Source: a virus (lineage: Duplodnaviria; Heunggongvirae; Uroviricota; Caudoviricetes). Taken from it: a stretch of DNA of 36,012 bases. The translations under genes and the position numbers were made by a program. This document shows, one piece after another, positions 7,938-16,841 of the stretch. Within the stretch, counting starts at the first letter, position 1, and each line of letters opens with the position of its first letter. The stretch lies in the IMG/VR virus record IMGVR_UViG_2654587772_000001. One strand, written 5' to 3'. The notes below the pieces were generated by a model. That model saw only the letters and a list, made by a program, of their open reading frames with translations, had not been told where the DNA came from and did no database searches.

Positions 7938-9959
7938 ATGTCGTTGGAAATTATTTCATTGGAGTTAGTAGCAAATACTTCGGATGGGCGTTATGGTGTT
8001 AGTATACCTTTTTCAAATGGCTTGTTTTTATTAAGAGTTGAGAATTCTCATGGTAAATCAACTTGCATGAATGGGATTGCATATGCACTTGGGATGGAAA
8101 AGGCATTAGGTGTCGGTTCTGGAAAAATCCCATTCCCTCCATCTTTGACTAGAGCACTAACGACAAAAGATAATGTTGAAGTTAGTGTAATATCATCTTA
8201 TGTTTTGCTAAAAATAAAGAATCATAAGGGAATAGAAGCATCTTTGAAAAGGAATATTATCGGTCACGATAATAATAATGTTATTTATATAGATGAGAAG
8301 AATAATGTAAAAAGTAAGAGTGGTACTTATTTTTTACATAGAGAGGGCGATACTGAAAGGGAACGTGGTTTCTATAAGTGGTTAGCTGATTTTATAGGTT
8401 GGAGTTTGCCAAATGTTCCAAACCATAATGGGAAGGACACTATTCTTTATCCATCCGTACTTTTCCCTGCATGGTATGTTGAGCAAAAAAAAGGATGGTC
8501 GTCAATTATGGCGACTGTACCAACACAATTTGGAATTAAAGAGCCAAAGAAAAGAGCTCTAGAATTTTTAATGTCTCTTGATGTTAATGATAATATTTTA
8601 TTGCGTAGTTCGTTAAGAAATGAACTTGATATTATTTATCATGATTGGAAGTTAATTAAACACAATGCAGAAGTTATTGCTTCTAAATTGTCGTCAGTTG
8701 TCACAGGGATTCCTGAACAACCAGTGGCAAAATTTGATCATTATAAGATAGATTTGATTATTAAAAATGGTAGCGTCGTTAGATCTATTGTTGATGTTCG
8801 TAATGAACTGGAAAAAGAGTTGCAAGAAATTAAGTTTGACACTCTTGGTGAGCAAGAAGAACAAACTTTACAATTATCAGTGGTTAAGTTATTAGGTCAA
8901 AAAAATGATGAAATTAACTCTCTGGAATTAAAGATTAAAGAGATTTGTGAGCATAGAAGTTATATTCAATATCAAATTCAGGCGACCAAAAACAGATTGT
9001 ATAATCTGTTGGAAGATAAAAGGAAGTATGAAGATTTAAAGAAAATATCATCTTCGGATGCGTATAAGTCAACAGATTTAATGTCAAATATTTGTCCGAC
9101 TTGTGGTGCAAGTTATAATGATAATTTGCTAAGTTTTTCATCGCAAGAAAATCTGATGACATATGAAGATAGTTTGAACTTTATTAAAGAGCAAGTAAAA
9201 GCATTTGAGTTTGTTCTGTCGGATAGTGAAAAGCAATTAAAGCTTAAAGATGTTGAGAGGAGTGATTTAGAGGGGGAAATAGCCAAGATTAGAGTTGATA
9301 TTAATGCATTAAGGGAGTCAAAATATCCCTCAATGGTTGTTCAGGAGGAGTTTCTGAGACGTAAAATAAACATTGAGAATAAAATTAATGCCATTAACGA
9401 TGGCATTAAAAGTATATTGGACATTAGACTGGAGTTGGATTCATTACACCGTAGATATAAAAAGCTTATCGCGAAAAGAAAAGGGTTGCCAGATAATTTC
9501 TTGTCGCGTAATGATGCCGATAAGTTAAAATTTCTTAATAAAGAAGTCGTTGCACGATTAGAAAAATATAATTTTACAAGTTTTGATTCTAAACTTGTGT
9601 CAATATCAGAAGATAATTACTTACCTACTAGGGAAGGATATGATATAGGTTTTGACACATCAGCTAGTGATGGAATAAGAATCATTTGGGGTTATTTAAT
9701 AAGTTTATTTGTTGTTGGTTCTAAATTTCAAACAAATCACCCTGGATTGATTGTGTTTGATGAGCCTCGTCAACAAGAAGCAAATAAAGTAAGTTTTGCC
9801 GAGTTACTTAAAGATGCTGCAGAAACAACAAAAGGACAAGGGCAGATCATTTTTGCTACATCAGAAGATGAAAATGTCTTAAAAGAGGCATTAGAAGGGT
9901 ATGACTATACAATGATATCCTTTGATAAGAACAATGGGAAATTGTTGAGGAAATTATAA
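7938..9959 (+). CDS. SMC/Rad50-like ABC ATPase with coiled coil and CxxC hook (LmuB/DdmC-like), gene 3 of the cargo operon
   Basis: 673 aa; Walker A VENSHGKST (aa 34-42); long E/K/L-rich heptad-like region aa 280-540; CPTC at aa 386-389 (nt 9093..9104) mid coiled coil; signature-like SASDG and Walker B GLIVFDEP (aa 603-610); SD AGGTGG upstream. Confidence 0.75.
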   Translation: MSLEIISLELVANTSDGRYGVSIPFSNGLFLLRVENSHGKSTCMNGIAYALGMEKALGVGSGKIPFPPSLTRALTTKDNVEVSVISSYVLLKIKNHKGIEASLKRNIIGHDNNNVIYIDEKNNVKSKSGTYFLHREGDTERERGFYKWLADFIGWSLPNVPNHNGKDTILYPSVLFPAWYVEQKKGWSSIMATVPTQFGIKEPKKRALEFLMSLDVNDNILLRSSLRNELDIIYHDWKLIKHNAEVIASKLSSVVTGIPEQPVAKFDHYKIDLIIKNGSVVRSIVDVRNELEKELQEIKFDTLGEQEEQTLQLSVVKLLGQKNDEINSLELKIKEICEHRSYIQYQIQATKNRLYNLLEDKRKYEDLKKISSSDAYKSTDLMSNICPTCGASYNDNLLSFSSQENLMTYEDSLNFIKEQVKAFEFVLSDSEKQLKLKDVERSDLEGEIAKIRVDINALRESKYPSMVVQEEFLRRKINIENKINAINDGIKSILDIRLELDSLHRRYKKLIAKRKGLPDNFLSRNDADKLKFLNKEVVARLEKYNFTSFDSKLVSISEDNYLPTREGYDIGFDTSASDGIRIIWGYLISLFVVGSKFQTNHPGLIVFDEPRQQEANKVSFAELLKDAAETTKGQGQIIFATSEDENVLKEALEGYDYTMISFDKNNGKLLRKL

Positions 9960-10082
9960 ACTTTTATGTTGCTGCATTAGAATGCATGATTATTGTTTAT
10001 CTGTTAAGAGTGCTCCGTGCCAGTGTCGGCGCGGAGAAATCATGTCATGCACCTGCATTAAAACCGACCCATGAAGCGGGCG

Positions 10083-10101
10083 GGCGAGGCGGGGAAAGCA
10101 C
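10083..10101. other. cos site (19-nt cohesive end GGCGAGGCGGGGAAAGCAC)
   Basis: Sequence matches the P2 cohesive-end sequence as remembered; located in the GC-rich intergenic region upstream of Q, as in P2. Confidence 0.45.
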
Positions 10102-10243
10102 TGCGCGCTGGCGGTGGTGCTGATTTTATTTTTTCAGCGTCTGAGCGCGTTGTGATGGCGTTTAGATTGTTCGCCGGGGCGTTGGTGTGTATGCGGGCTG
10201 TTTTGTGCGGTGGTGAGCGTGTGAGGGCGTGATGGCGGGGTGT

Positions 10244-10265
10244 AAAAAAGCCGCCTACAGGCGGC
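10244..10265 (-). terminator. rho-independent terminator downstream of Q (minus strand)
   Basis: GC hairpin GCCGCC-TACA-GGCGGC followed, on the minus strand, by a run of six T. Confidence 0.5.
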
Positions 10266-10270
10266 GATGT

Positions 10271-11305
10271 TCAGCCGTTGTCAGTGTCCAGTGAGTAGTT
10301 TTTAAAGCGGATGACCTCCTGACCGAGCCAGCCGTTTATCTCGCGGATCCTGTCCTGTAACGGGATAAGCTCATTGCGGACAAAGACCTTTGCCACTTTC
10401 TCTATATCACCCAGCGATCCGACGTTCTCCGGCTTGCCACCCATCAACTGAAAGGGGATGCGGTGCGCGTCCAGCAGGTCAGCGGCGCTGGCTTTTTTGA
10501 TATTAAAAAAATCGTCCTTCGTCGCCACTTCACTGAGGGGGATAATTTTAATGCCGTCGGCTTTCCCCTGTGGGGCATAGAGAAACAGATTTTTAAAGTT
10601 ATTGCGGCCTTTCGACTTAACCATGTTTTCGCGTAGCATTTCGATATCGTTGCGATCCTGCACGGCATCAGTGACGTACATGATGTATCCGGCATGTGCG
10701 CCATTTTCGTAATACTTGCGGCGGAACAGCGTGGCCGACTCATTCAGCCAGGCAGAATTAAGGGCGCTGAGATATTCCGGCAGACCGTACAGCTCCTGAT
10801 TAATATCCGGCTCCAGCAGGTGAAACACGGAGCCGGGCGCGAAGGCTGTCGGCTCGTTGAAGGACGGCACCCACCAGTAAACATCCTCTTCCACACCACG
10901 GCGGGTATATTTTGCCGGTGAGGTTTCCAGTCTGATGACCTTACCGGTGGTACTGTAACGCTTTTCCAGAAACGCATTGCCGAACACCAGAAAATCCAGC
11001 ACAAAGCGGCTGAAATCCTGCTGGGAAAGCCACGGATGCGGAATAAACGTTGAAGCCAGAATATTGCGTTTGACGTAAATCGGTGAGCTGTGATGCACGG
11101 CAGTACGCAGGCTTTTTGCCAGACCGGTAAAGCTGACCGGCGGCTCATACCATCTGCCGTTACTGATACATTCGACGTAATCCAGAATGTCACGGCGGTC
11201 GAGCACCGGAACCGGCTCACCAAAGGTGAATGCCTCCATTTTCGGGGCGCTGGCGGCCATTGTTTTTACCGCAGGTTGCGGTGTTTTCCCTTTTTTCTTG
11301 CTCAT
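10271..11305 (-). CDS. Q: portal protein Q
   Basis: 344-aa ORF matching P2 gpQ in length and sequence; ATGA overlap with the P stop. Confidence 0.95.
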   Translation of the reverse strand: MSKKKGKTPQPAVKTMAASAPKMEAFTFGEPVPVLDRRDILDYVECISNGRWYEPPVSFTGLAKSLRTAVHHSSPIYVKRNILASTFIPHPWLSQQDFSRFVLDFLVFGNAFLEKRYSTTGKVIRLETSPAKYTRRGVEEDVYWWVPSFNEPTAFAPGSVFHLLEPDINQELYGLPEYLSALNSAWLNESATLFRRKYYENGAHAGYIMYVTDAVQDRNDIEMLRENMVKSKGRNNFKNLFLYAPQGKADGIKIIPLSEVATKDDFFNIKKASAADLLDAHRIPFQLMGGKPENVGSLGDIEKVAKVFVRNELIPLQDRIREINGWLGQEVIRFKNYSLDTDNG

Positions 11306-13077
11306 CAGTAAAACTCCAGAATGGTGGATGTCAGCGGGGTGCTGATACCGGCGGTGAGTGGCTCATTTAACAGGGCATGCATGGTCGCCCAGGCGAGGTC
11401 GGCGTGGCTGGCTTCCTCGCTGCGGCTGGCCTCATAGGTGGCGCTGCGTCCGCTGCTGGTCATGGTCTTGCGGATAGCCATAAACGAGCTGGTGATGTCG
11501 GTGGCGCTGATGTCATATTCCAGACAGCCACGGCGGATAACGTCTTTTGCCTTGAGCACCATTGCGGTTTTCATTTCTGGCGTGTAGCGGATATCGCGCG
11601 CGGCGGGATAGAACGAGCGCACGAGCTGGAACACGCCGACACCGAGGCCGGTGGCATCAATTCCGATGTATTCGACGTTGTATTTTTCGGTGAGTTTGCG
11701 GATGGATTCCGCCTGGGTGGCAAAGTCCATGCCTTTCCACTGGTGACGCTCAAGTATTCTGAATTTGCCACCGGCCACCACCGGCGGTGCCAGTACCACG
11801 CATCCGGCGCTGTCGCCACGGTGTGACGGGTCGTAACCAATCCATACCGGGCGGGAGCCGAACGGATTGGCGGCAAACGGCGCATAGTCTTCCCATTCTT
11901 CCAGCGTGTCGACCATGCAGCGTTGCAGCTCCCCGAACGGGAACACCGATGCCTTGTCGTCAACAAATTCACACATGAACAGGTTTTTAAAATCGTCGGC
12001 GCTGTTTTCGCGTTTGAGCTGCTCAATGTCGAACAACGTGCAGCCGCCTTTCAGGGCGTCCTCAATGGTGACAATCTGCCGCCACTGACCGTCCGCACAG
12101 AGAAGCCCACCGGCAAGGGCGTTATGACTGACGTCGATTTCCACGCGTTCAGCGGCGCTGGCGCGTCCCCGGTTGAACAGTTCACCCGACCAGAACGGGT
12201 AGGCGTCGTGCGCCAGCGTGGACGGGGTGGAGAAATAGGTCGAGCGCAGGTGACTCTGTGAGGCCATACCTGATGCCACCTTACGCAGTACCTGAAAATT
12301 CGGGATCCAGAAAATCTCGTCGACGTACAGGTCGCCGTTATGGCTCTGTGCGGTGTTGGAGTTGGTGCCGAGAAAAATCAGTTTTGCGCCGTTATTGCCA
12401 AGAACAATCGGGTCACCGGTCAGGTCAACGTCAACCAGACGGGCAAAGGCGATGATGTATTCACGGAATACATACGCCTGCGTTTTACTGGCCGACAGAA
12501 AAATCTGGTTATGGCCGGTTTTCAGGGCGCGCAGCAGCGCCTCGCGGGAAAAATAAAACGTCGCGCCAATCTGGCGGGATTTCAGGATATCGCGGATGCG
12601 GTGCTCAAGCCCGGCGCGATACCAGTGCAACTGATAGTCGAAAGACTGCTCAAAGAAAATCTGCTCCAGCTTTTCGATGGCTTCGTCGCTGAAAAAATTC
12701 TTTTTCGGTTTGCGACGTCCGCCTTTGTTGCGGTTAGCGACGTTCGGATTAAGGTCTGCCTCGTTGCCGGTCTGACTGTAACGGTTGACCCGTGCCAGTC
12801 GTTCAATCTGGCGTCCGAGCAGGTCAATTTCCTTGAAGTCACCACCGGTTTTCTGCGGTTTGATGATGAGCTGGGTCAGTCGCGCTTCCAGACTCATTTC
12901 GACACGGCTGATGGGGGCAACGCTGTCCCAGCCGTCGCGCTGTTTCCAGCTCTGCACCGTCGGGCGTTTCATCTGCAACATGGCGGCAATCTGCGGCACG
13001 GAAAACCCCTGCCAGTACAGCAGCGCCGCCTGACGACGCGGGTCGTGTAAAAGAGTGGTGTCTGTGGTGATGGTCAT
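11305..13077 (-). CDS. P: terminase large (ATPase) subunit P
   Basis: Track ORF extends to 13107; first ATG at 13077 gives 590 aa, the P2 gpP length; start reads MTITTDTTLL. Confidence 0.95.
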   Translation of the reverse strand: MTITTDTTLLHDPRRQAALLYWQGFSVPQIAAMLQMKRPTVQSWKQRDGWDSVAPISRVEMSLEARLTQLIIKPQKTGGDFKEIDLLGRQIERLARVNRYSQTGNEADLNPNVANRNKGGRRKPKKNFFSDEAIEKLEQIFFEQSFDYQLHWYRAGLEHRIRDILKSRQIGATFYFSREALLRALKTGHNQIFLSASKTQAYVFREYIIAFARLVDVDLTGDPIVLGNNGAKLIFLGTNSNTAQSHNGDLYVDEIFWIPNFQVLRKVASGMASQSHLRSTYFSTPSTLAHDAYPFWSGELFNRGRASAAERVEIDVSHNALAGGLLCADGQWRQIVTIEDALKGGCTLFDIEQLKRENSADDFKNLFMCEFVDDKASVFPFGELQRCMVDTLEEWEDYAPFAANPFGSRPVWIGYDPSHRGDSAGCVVLAPPVVAGGKFRILERHQWKGMDFATQAESIRKLTEKYNVEYIGIDATGLGVGVFQLVRSFYPAARDIRYTPEMKTAMVLKAKDVIRRGCLEYDISATDITSSFMAIRKTMTSSGRSATYEASRSEEASHADLAWATMHALLNEPLTAGISTPLTSTILEFY

Positions 13078-13145
13078 GAATACCTCGCCGTGATGAATAC
13101 ACGGCAAGGCTACTGAGTCGCGCCCTGCGATTCGCTAAGGTGCTG

Positions 13146-13172
13146 TTGTGTCAGTGATAAGCCATCCGGGAC
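13146..13172 (+). promoter_or_regulatory. late-promoter upstream element (candidate Ogr-dependent PO activator site) TTGTGTCAGTGATAAGCCATCCGGGAC
   Basis: 27-nt motif about 80 nt upstream of the O start codon; a 21/27-identical copy occurs upstream of FI (27684..27710); P2 late promoters carry a conserved activator site near -55. Confidence 0.45.
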
Positions 13173-13250
13173 TGATGGCGGAGGATGCGCATCGTCGGGA
13201 AACTGATGCCGACATGTGACTCCTCTAATCACTATTCAGGACTCCTGACA

Positions 13251-13865
13251 ATGGCAAAAAAAGTCTCAAAATTCTTTCGTATCGGCGTTGAGGGTGACAC
13301 CTGTGACGGGCGTGTCATCAGTGCGCAGGATATTCAGGAAATGGCTGAAACCTTTGACCCGCGTGTCTACGGTTGCCGCATTAACCTGGAACATCTGCGC
13401 GGCATCCTGCCTGACGGTATTTTTAAACGTTATGGCGATGTGGTCGAACTGAAGGCCGAAAAGATTGATGACGATTCGGCGCTGAAAGGCAAATGGGCGC
13501 TGTTTGCGAAAATCACCCCGACCGATGACCTTATCGCGATGAACAAGGCCGCGCAGAAGGTCTATACCTCAATGGAAATTCAGCCGAACTTTGCCAACAC
13601 CGGCAAATGTTATCTGGTGGGGCTGGCCGTCACCGATGACCCGGCAAGCCTCGGCACGGAATACCTGGAATTCTGCCGCACGGCAAAACACAACCCTCTG
13701 AACCGCTTCAAATTAAGCCCTGAAAACCTGATTTCAGTGGCAACGCCCGTTGAGCTGGAATTTGAAGACCTGCCTGAAACCGTGTTCACCGCCCTGACCG
13801 AAAAGGTGAAATCCATTTTTGGCCGCAAACAGGCCAGCGATGACGCCCTGATGACGAACTGCTGA
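13251..13865 (+). CDS. O: capsid scaffolding protein/protease O (shorter than canonical)
   Basis: First ATG 13251 (MAKKVSKFFRIGVEGDTCDGR...) gives 204 aa; track ORF starts upstream without a plausible start; N-terminus matches P2 gpO. Confidence 0.85.
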   Translation: MAKKVSKFFRIGVEGDTCDGRVISAQDIQEMAETFDPRVYGCRINLEHLRGILPDGIFKRYGDVVELKAEKIDDDSALKGKWALFAKITPTDDLIAMNKAAQKVYTSMEIQPNFANTGKCYLVGLAVTDDPASLGTEYLEFCRTAKHNPLNRFKLSPENLISVATPVELEFEDLPETVFTALTEKVKSIFGRKQASDDALMTNC

Positions 13866-13923
13866 CCGGCGTCAGTCAGTCCGGGAAAACCTTCACGATT
13901 AACTCTTAATTTCAGGAAAAACT

Positions 13924-14997
13924 ATGCGCCAGGAAACCCGCTTTAAATTTAATGCTTACCTGTCCCGTGTTGCCGAACTGAACGGCATCGACGCCGGTGA
14001 TGTGTCGAAAAAATTCACCGTTGAACCGTCGGTCACCCAGACCCTGATGAACACCATGCAGGAGTCCTCTGACTTTCTGACCCGCATCAACATTGTGCCG
14101 GTCAGCGAAATGAAAGGGGAAAAAATTGGCATCGGTGTCACCGGCTCCATCGCCAGCACCACCGACACCGCCGGTGGCACCGAGCGTCAGCCGAAGGACT
14201 TCTCGAAGTTGGCGTCAAACAAGTACGAATGCGACCAGATTAACTTCGATTTTTATATCCGCTACAAAACGCTGGACCTGTGGGCGCGTTATCAGGATTT
14301 CCAGCTCCGTGTCCGTAACGCCATTATCAAACGCCAGTCCCTTGATTTCATCATGGCCGGTTTTAACGGCGTGAGGCGTGCCGAAACCTCTGACCGCAGC
14401 AGTAACCCGATGCTGCAGGATGTGGCGGTCGGCTGGCTGCAGAAATACCGCAATGAAGCCCCGGCGCGCGTGATGAGCAAGGTTACTGACGAGGAAGGTC
14501 ACACGACCTCTGAGGTCATCCGCGTGGGTAAGGGCGGTGATTATGCCAGCCTTGATGCACTGGTGATGGATGCGACCAACAACCTGATTGAGCCGTGGTA
14601 TCAGGAAGACCCTGACCTTGTGGTGATTGTGGGACGTCAGCTACTGGCGGACAAGTATTTTCCCATCGTCAACAAGGAGCAGGACAACAGCGAAATGCTG
14701 GCCGCTGACGTCATCATCAGCCAGAAACGCATCGGCAACCTGCCAGCGGTACGCGTCCCGTACTTCCCGGCGGATGCGATGCTCATCACGAAGCTGGAAA
14801 ACCTGTCCATCTACTACATGGATGACAGCCATCGCCGCGTGATTGAGGAAAACCCGAAACTCGACCGCGTGGAGAACTACGAGTCAATGAACATTGATTA
14901 CGTGGTGGAGGACTACGCCGCCGGTTGTCTGGTGGAAAAAATTAAGGTCGGTGATTTCTCCACACCGGCTAAAGCGACCGCAGAGCCGGGAGCGTAA
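13924..14997 (+). CDS. N: major capsid protein N
   Basis: 357-aa ORF matching P2 gpN in length and sequence. Confidence 0.95.
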   Translation: MRQETRFKFNAYLSRVAELNGIDAGDVSKKFTVEPSVTQTLMNTMQESSDFLTRINIVPVSEMKGEKIGIGVTGSIASTTDTAGGTERQPKDFSKLASNKYECDQINFDFYIRYKTLDLWARYQDFQLRVRNAIIKRQSLDFIMAGFNGVRRAETSDRSSNPMLQDVAVGWLQKYRNEAPARVMSKVTDEEGHTTSEVIRVGKGGDYASLDALVMDATNNLIEPWYQEDPDLVVIVGRQLLADKYFPIVNKEQDNSEMLAADVIISQKRIGNLPAVRVPYFPADAMLITKLENLSIYYMDDSHRRVIEENPKLDRVENYESMNIDYVVEDYAAGCLVEKIKVGDFSTPAKATAEPGA

Positions 14998-15000
14998 CCG

Positions 15001-15744
15001 ATGACGAGTCCCGCACAGCGCCACATGATGCGGGTCTCGGCAGCGATGGCCGCGCAGCGGGAAGCCGCCCCGCTGCGACATGCAACTGTCTATGAGCAGA
15101 TGCTGGTCAAGCTGGCCGCAGACCAGCGCACACTGAAAGCGATTTATTCAAAAGAGCTGAAGGCCGCGAAAAAACGCGAACTGCTGCCGTTCTGGTTGCC
15201 GTGGGTGAACGGCGTGCTGGAGCAGGGCAAAGGTGCACCGGATGACATTCTGATGACGGTCATGCTGTGGCGTCTGGATACCGGCGATATTGCCGGTGCG
15301 CTGGAGATTGCCCGTTATGCCCTGAAGTACGGTCTGACCATGCCGGGTAAACACCGCCGCACCCCGCCGTACATGTTCACCGAGGAGGTGGCGCTCGCGG
15401 CCATGCGCGCCCACGCGGCCGGTGAGTCTGTGGATACCCGCCTGCTGACGGAGACCCTTGAACTGACTGCCGCTGCTGACATGCCTGATGAAGTGCGCGC
15501 AAAGCTGCACAAAATCACCGGTCTGTTTCTGCGTGACGGTGGTGATGCCGCCGGTGCGCTGGCTCACCTGCAACGTGCGACACAGCTCGACTGTCAGGCA
15601 GGCGTCAAAAAAGAGATTGAACGACTGGAGCGGGAGCTGAAACCGAAGCCGGAGCCGCAACCCAAAGCGGCCACCCGTGCCACGCGTAAGACCCGGAGCG
15701 TGACACCGGCAAAACGTGGACGCCCGAAAAAGAAAGCCAGTTAA
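15001..15744 (+). CDS. M: terminase small (endonuclease) subunit M
   Basis: 247-aa ORF; P2 gpM length and position; basic C-terminal tail. Confidence 0.9.
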   Translation: MTSPAQRHMMRVSAAMAAQREAAPLRHATVYEQMLVKLAADQRTLKAIYSKELKAAKKRELLPFWLPWVNGVLEQGKGAPDDILMTVMLWRLDTGDIAGALEIARYALKYGLTMPGKHRRTPPYMFTEEVALAAMRAHAAGESVDTRLLTETLELTAAADMPDEVRAKLHKITGLFLRDGGDAAGALAHLQRATQLDCQAGVKKEIERLERELKPKPEPQPKAATRATRKTRSVTPAKRGRPKKKAS

Positions 15745-15843
15745 CAACCGAATGCGCCCCGCGCCAGGGCGGCACGCCGGTCAGTGAGGGTGAATCACCT
15801 GACACTGCACCGGCGTCCACCGCCCGACTTTTCAGAGGTAGTC

Positions 15844-16353
15844 ATGATGACGCTGATTATTCCGCGAAAGGAGGCTCCCGTGTCCGGTGAGGGTACGGTG
15901 GTCATCCCGCAACCGGCAGGCGACGAGCCGGTGATTAAAAACACGTTCTTTTTTCCCGATATCGACCCGAAGCGCGTCCGGGAACGTATGCGCCTTGAGC
16001 AGACCGTCGCCCCCGCCCGTCTGCGTGAGGCCATCAAGTCAGGCATGGCGGAAACAAATGCGGAGCTGTACGAGTACCGCGAACAGAAAATTGCCGCCGG
16101 TTTTACGCGTCTGGCGGACGTTCCGGCGGACGACATCGACGGTGAAAGTATCAAAGTTTTTTACTACGAGCGCGCCGTGTGTGCGATGGCGACCGCGTCG
16201 CTTTATGAGCGTTACCGCGGCGTGGATGCCAGTGCGAAAGGAGACAAGAAGGCCGACAGCATTGACAGCACCATTGATGAGCTGTGGCGGGATATGCGCT
16301 GGGCAGTGGCGCGCATCCAGGACAAGCCGCGCTGCATCGTGAGTCAAATCTGA
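15844..16353 (+). CDS. L: capsid completion protein L
   Basis: Track ORF starts at GTG 15784; ATG 15844 with GAGG RBS gives 169 aa (MMTLIIPRKE...), the P2 gpL length. Confidence 0.85.
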   Translation: MMTLIIPRKEAPVSGEGTVVIPQPAGDEPVIKNTFFFPDIDPKRVRERMRLEQTVAPARLREAIKSGMAETNAELYEYREQKIAAGFTRLADVPADDIDGESIKVFYYERAVCAMATASLYERYRGVDASAKGDKKADSIDSTIDELWRDMRWAVARIQDKPRCIVSQI

Positions 16354-16556
16354 TGAAGACCTTTGCGCTACAGGGCGACACGCTCGACGCCATTTGTGTC
16401 CGGTATTACGGGCGCACTGAGGGCGTGGTTGAGACCGTGCTCGCCGCAAATCCGGGACTGGCTGAACTGGGTGCGGTGCTGCCACACGGCACCGCCGTCG
16501 AACTGCCCGACGTTCAGACCGCGCCCGTGGCTGAAACTGTCAATCTGTGGGAGTAA
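16353..16556 (+). CDS. X: tail protein X (LysM-like)
   Basis: 67 aa from ATG 16353 (MKTFALQGDTLDAICVRYYG...), ATGA overlap with the L stop; track ORF 16284..16556 starts earlier. Confidence 0.8.
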   Translation: MKTFALQGDTLDAICVRYYGRTEGVVETVLAANPGLAELGAVLPHGTAVELPDVQTAPVAETVNLWE

Positions 16557-16559
16557 CGC

Positions 16560-16841
16560 ATGACAGCAGAAGAAAAAAGCGTCCTGTCGCTTTTCATGAT
16601 TGGGGTGCTGATTGTTGTCGGCAAGGTGCTTGCCGGTGGTGAACCCATCACCCCGCGTCTGTTTATCGGGCGCATGTTGCTCGGTGGTTTTGTCTCGATG
16701 GTTGCCGGTGTTGTTCTGGTGCAGTTTCCTGACCTGTCACTGCCTGCGGTGTGCGGCATCGGCTCCATGCTGGGTATTGCCGGTTATCAGGTGATTGAGA
16801 TTGCCATTCAGCGCCGCTTTAAGGGCAGGGGGAAACCGTAA
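16560..16841 (+). CDS. Y: holin Y
   Basis: 93-aa ORF with hydrophobic membrane segments and a charged C-terminus; first gene of the lysis cassette. Confidence 0.85.
   Translation: MTAEEKSVLSLFMIGVLIVVGKVLAGGEPITPRLFIGRMLLGGFVSMVAGVVLVQFPDLSLPAVCGIGSMLGIAGYQVIEIAIQRRFKGRGKP

Noticed and set aside
9960-10082. Weak palindrome TGCATT-AG-AATGCA at about 9973..9986 followed by T-rich sequence, a possible terminator after the cargo operon
   Set aside because: Stem is only 6 bp and AT-rich with a 2-nt loop; not convincing as an intrinsic terminator.
10444-13102. Numerous 60-240-aa ORFs on both strands inside Q and P (for example 10744..11223 -, 11377..11826 +, 12340..13050 +)
   Set aside because: GC-rich sequence leaves long open frames by chance; all are nested within or antisense to Q and P, which have full-length matches to P2 proteins.
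15148-16485. Long antisense or alternative-frame ORFs over M, L and X (15148..15747 -, 15795..16154 -, 16039..16485 -)
   Set aside because: Same reasoning: they overlap well-supported capsid and packaging genes in GC-rich DNA, and their translations are Arg/Ala/Ser-rich, low-complexity artefacts.
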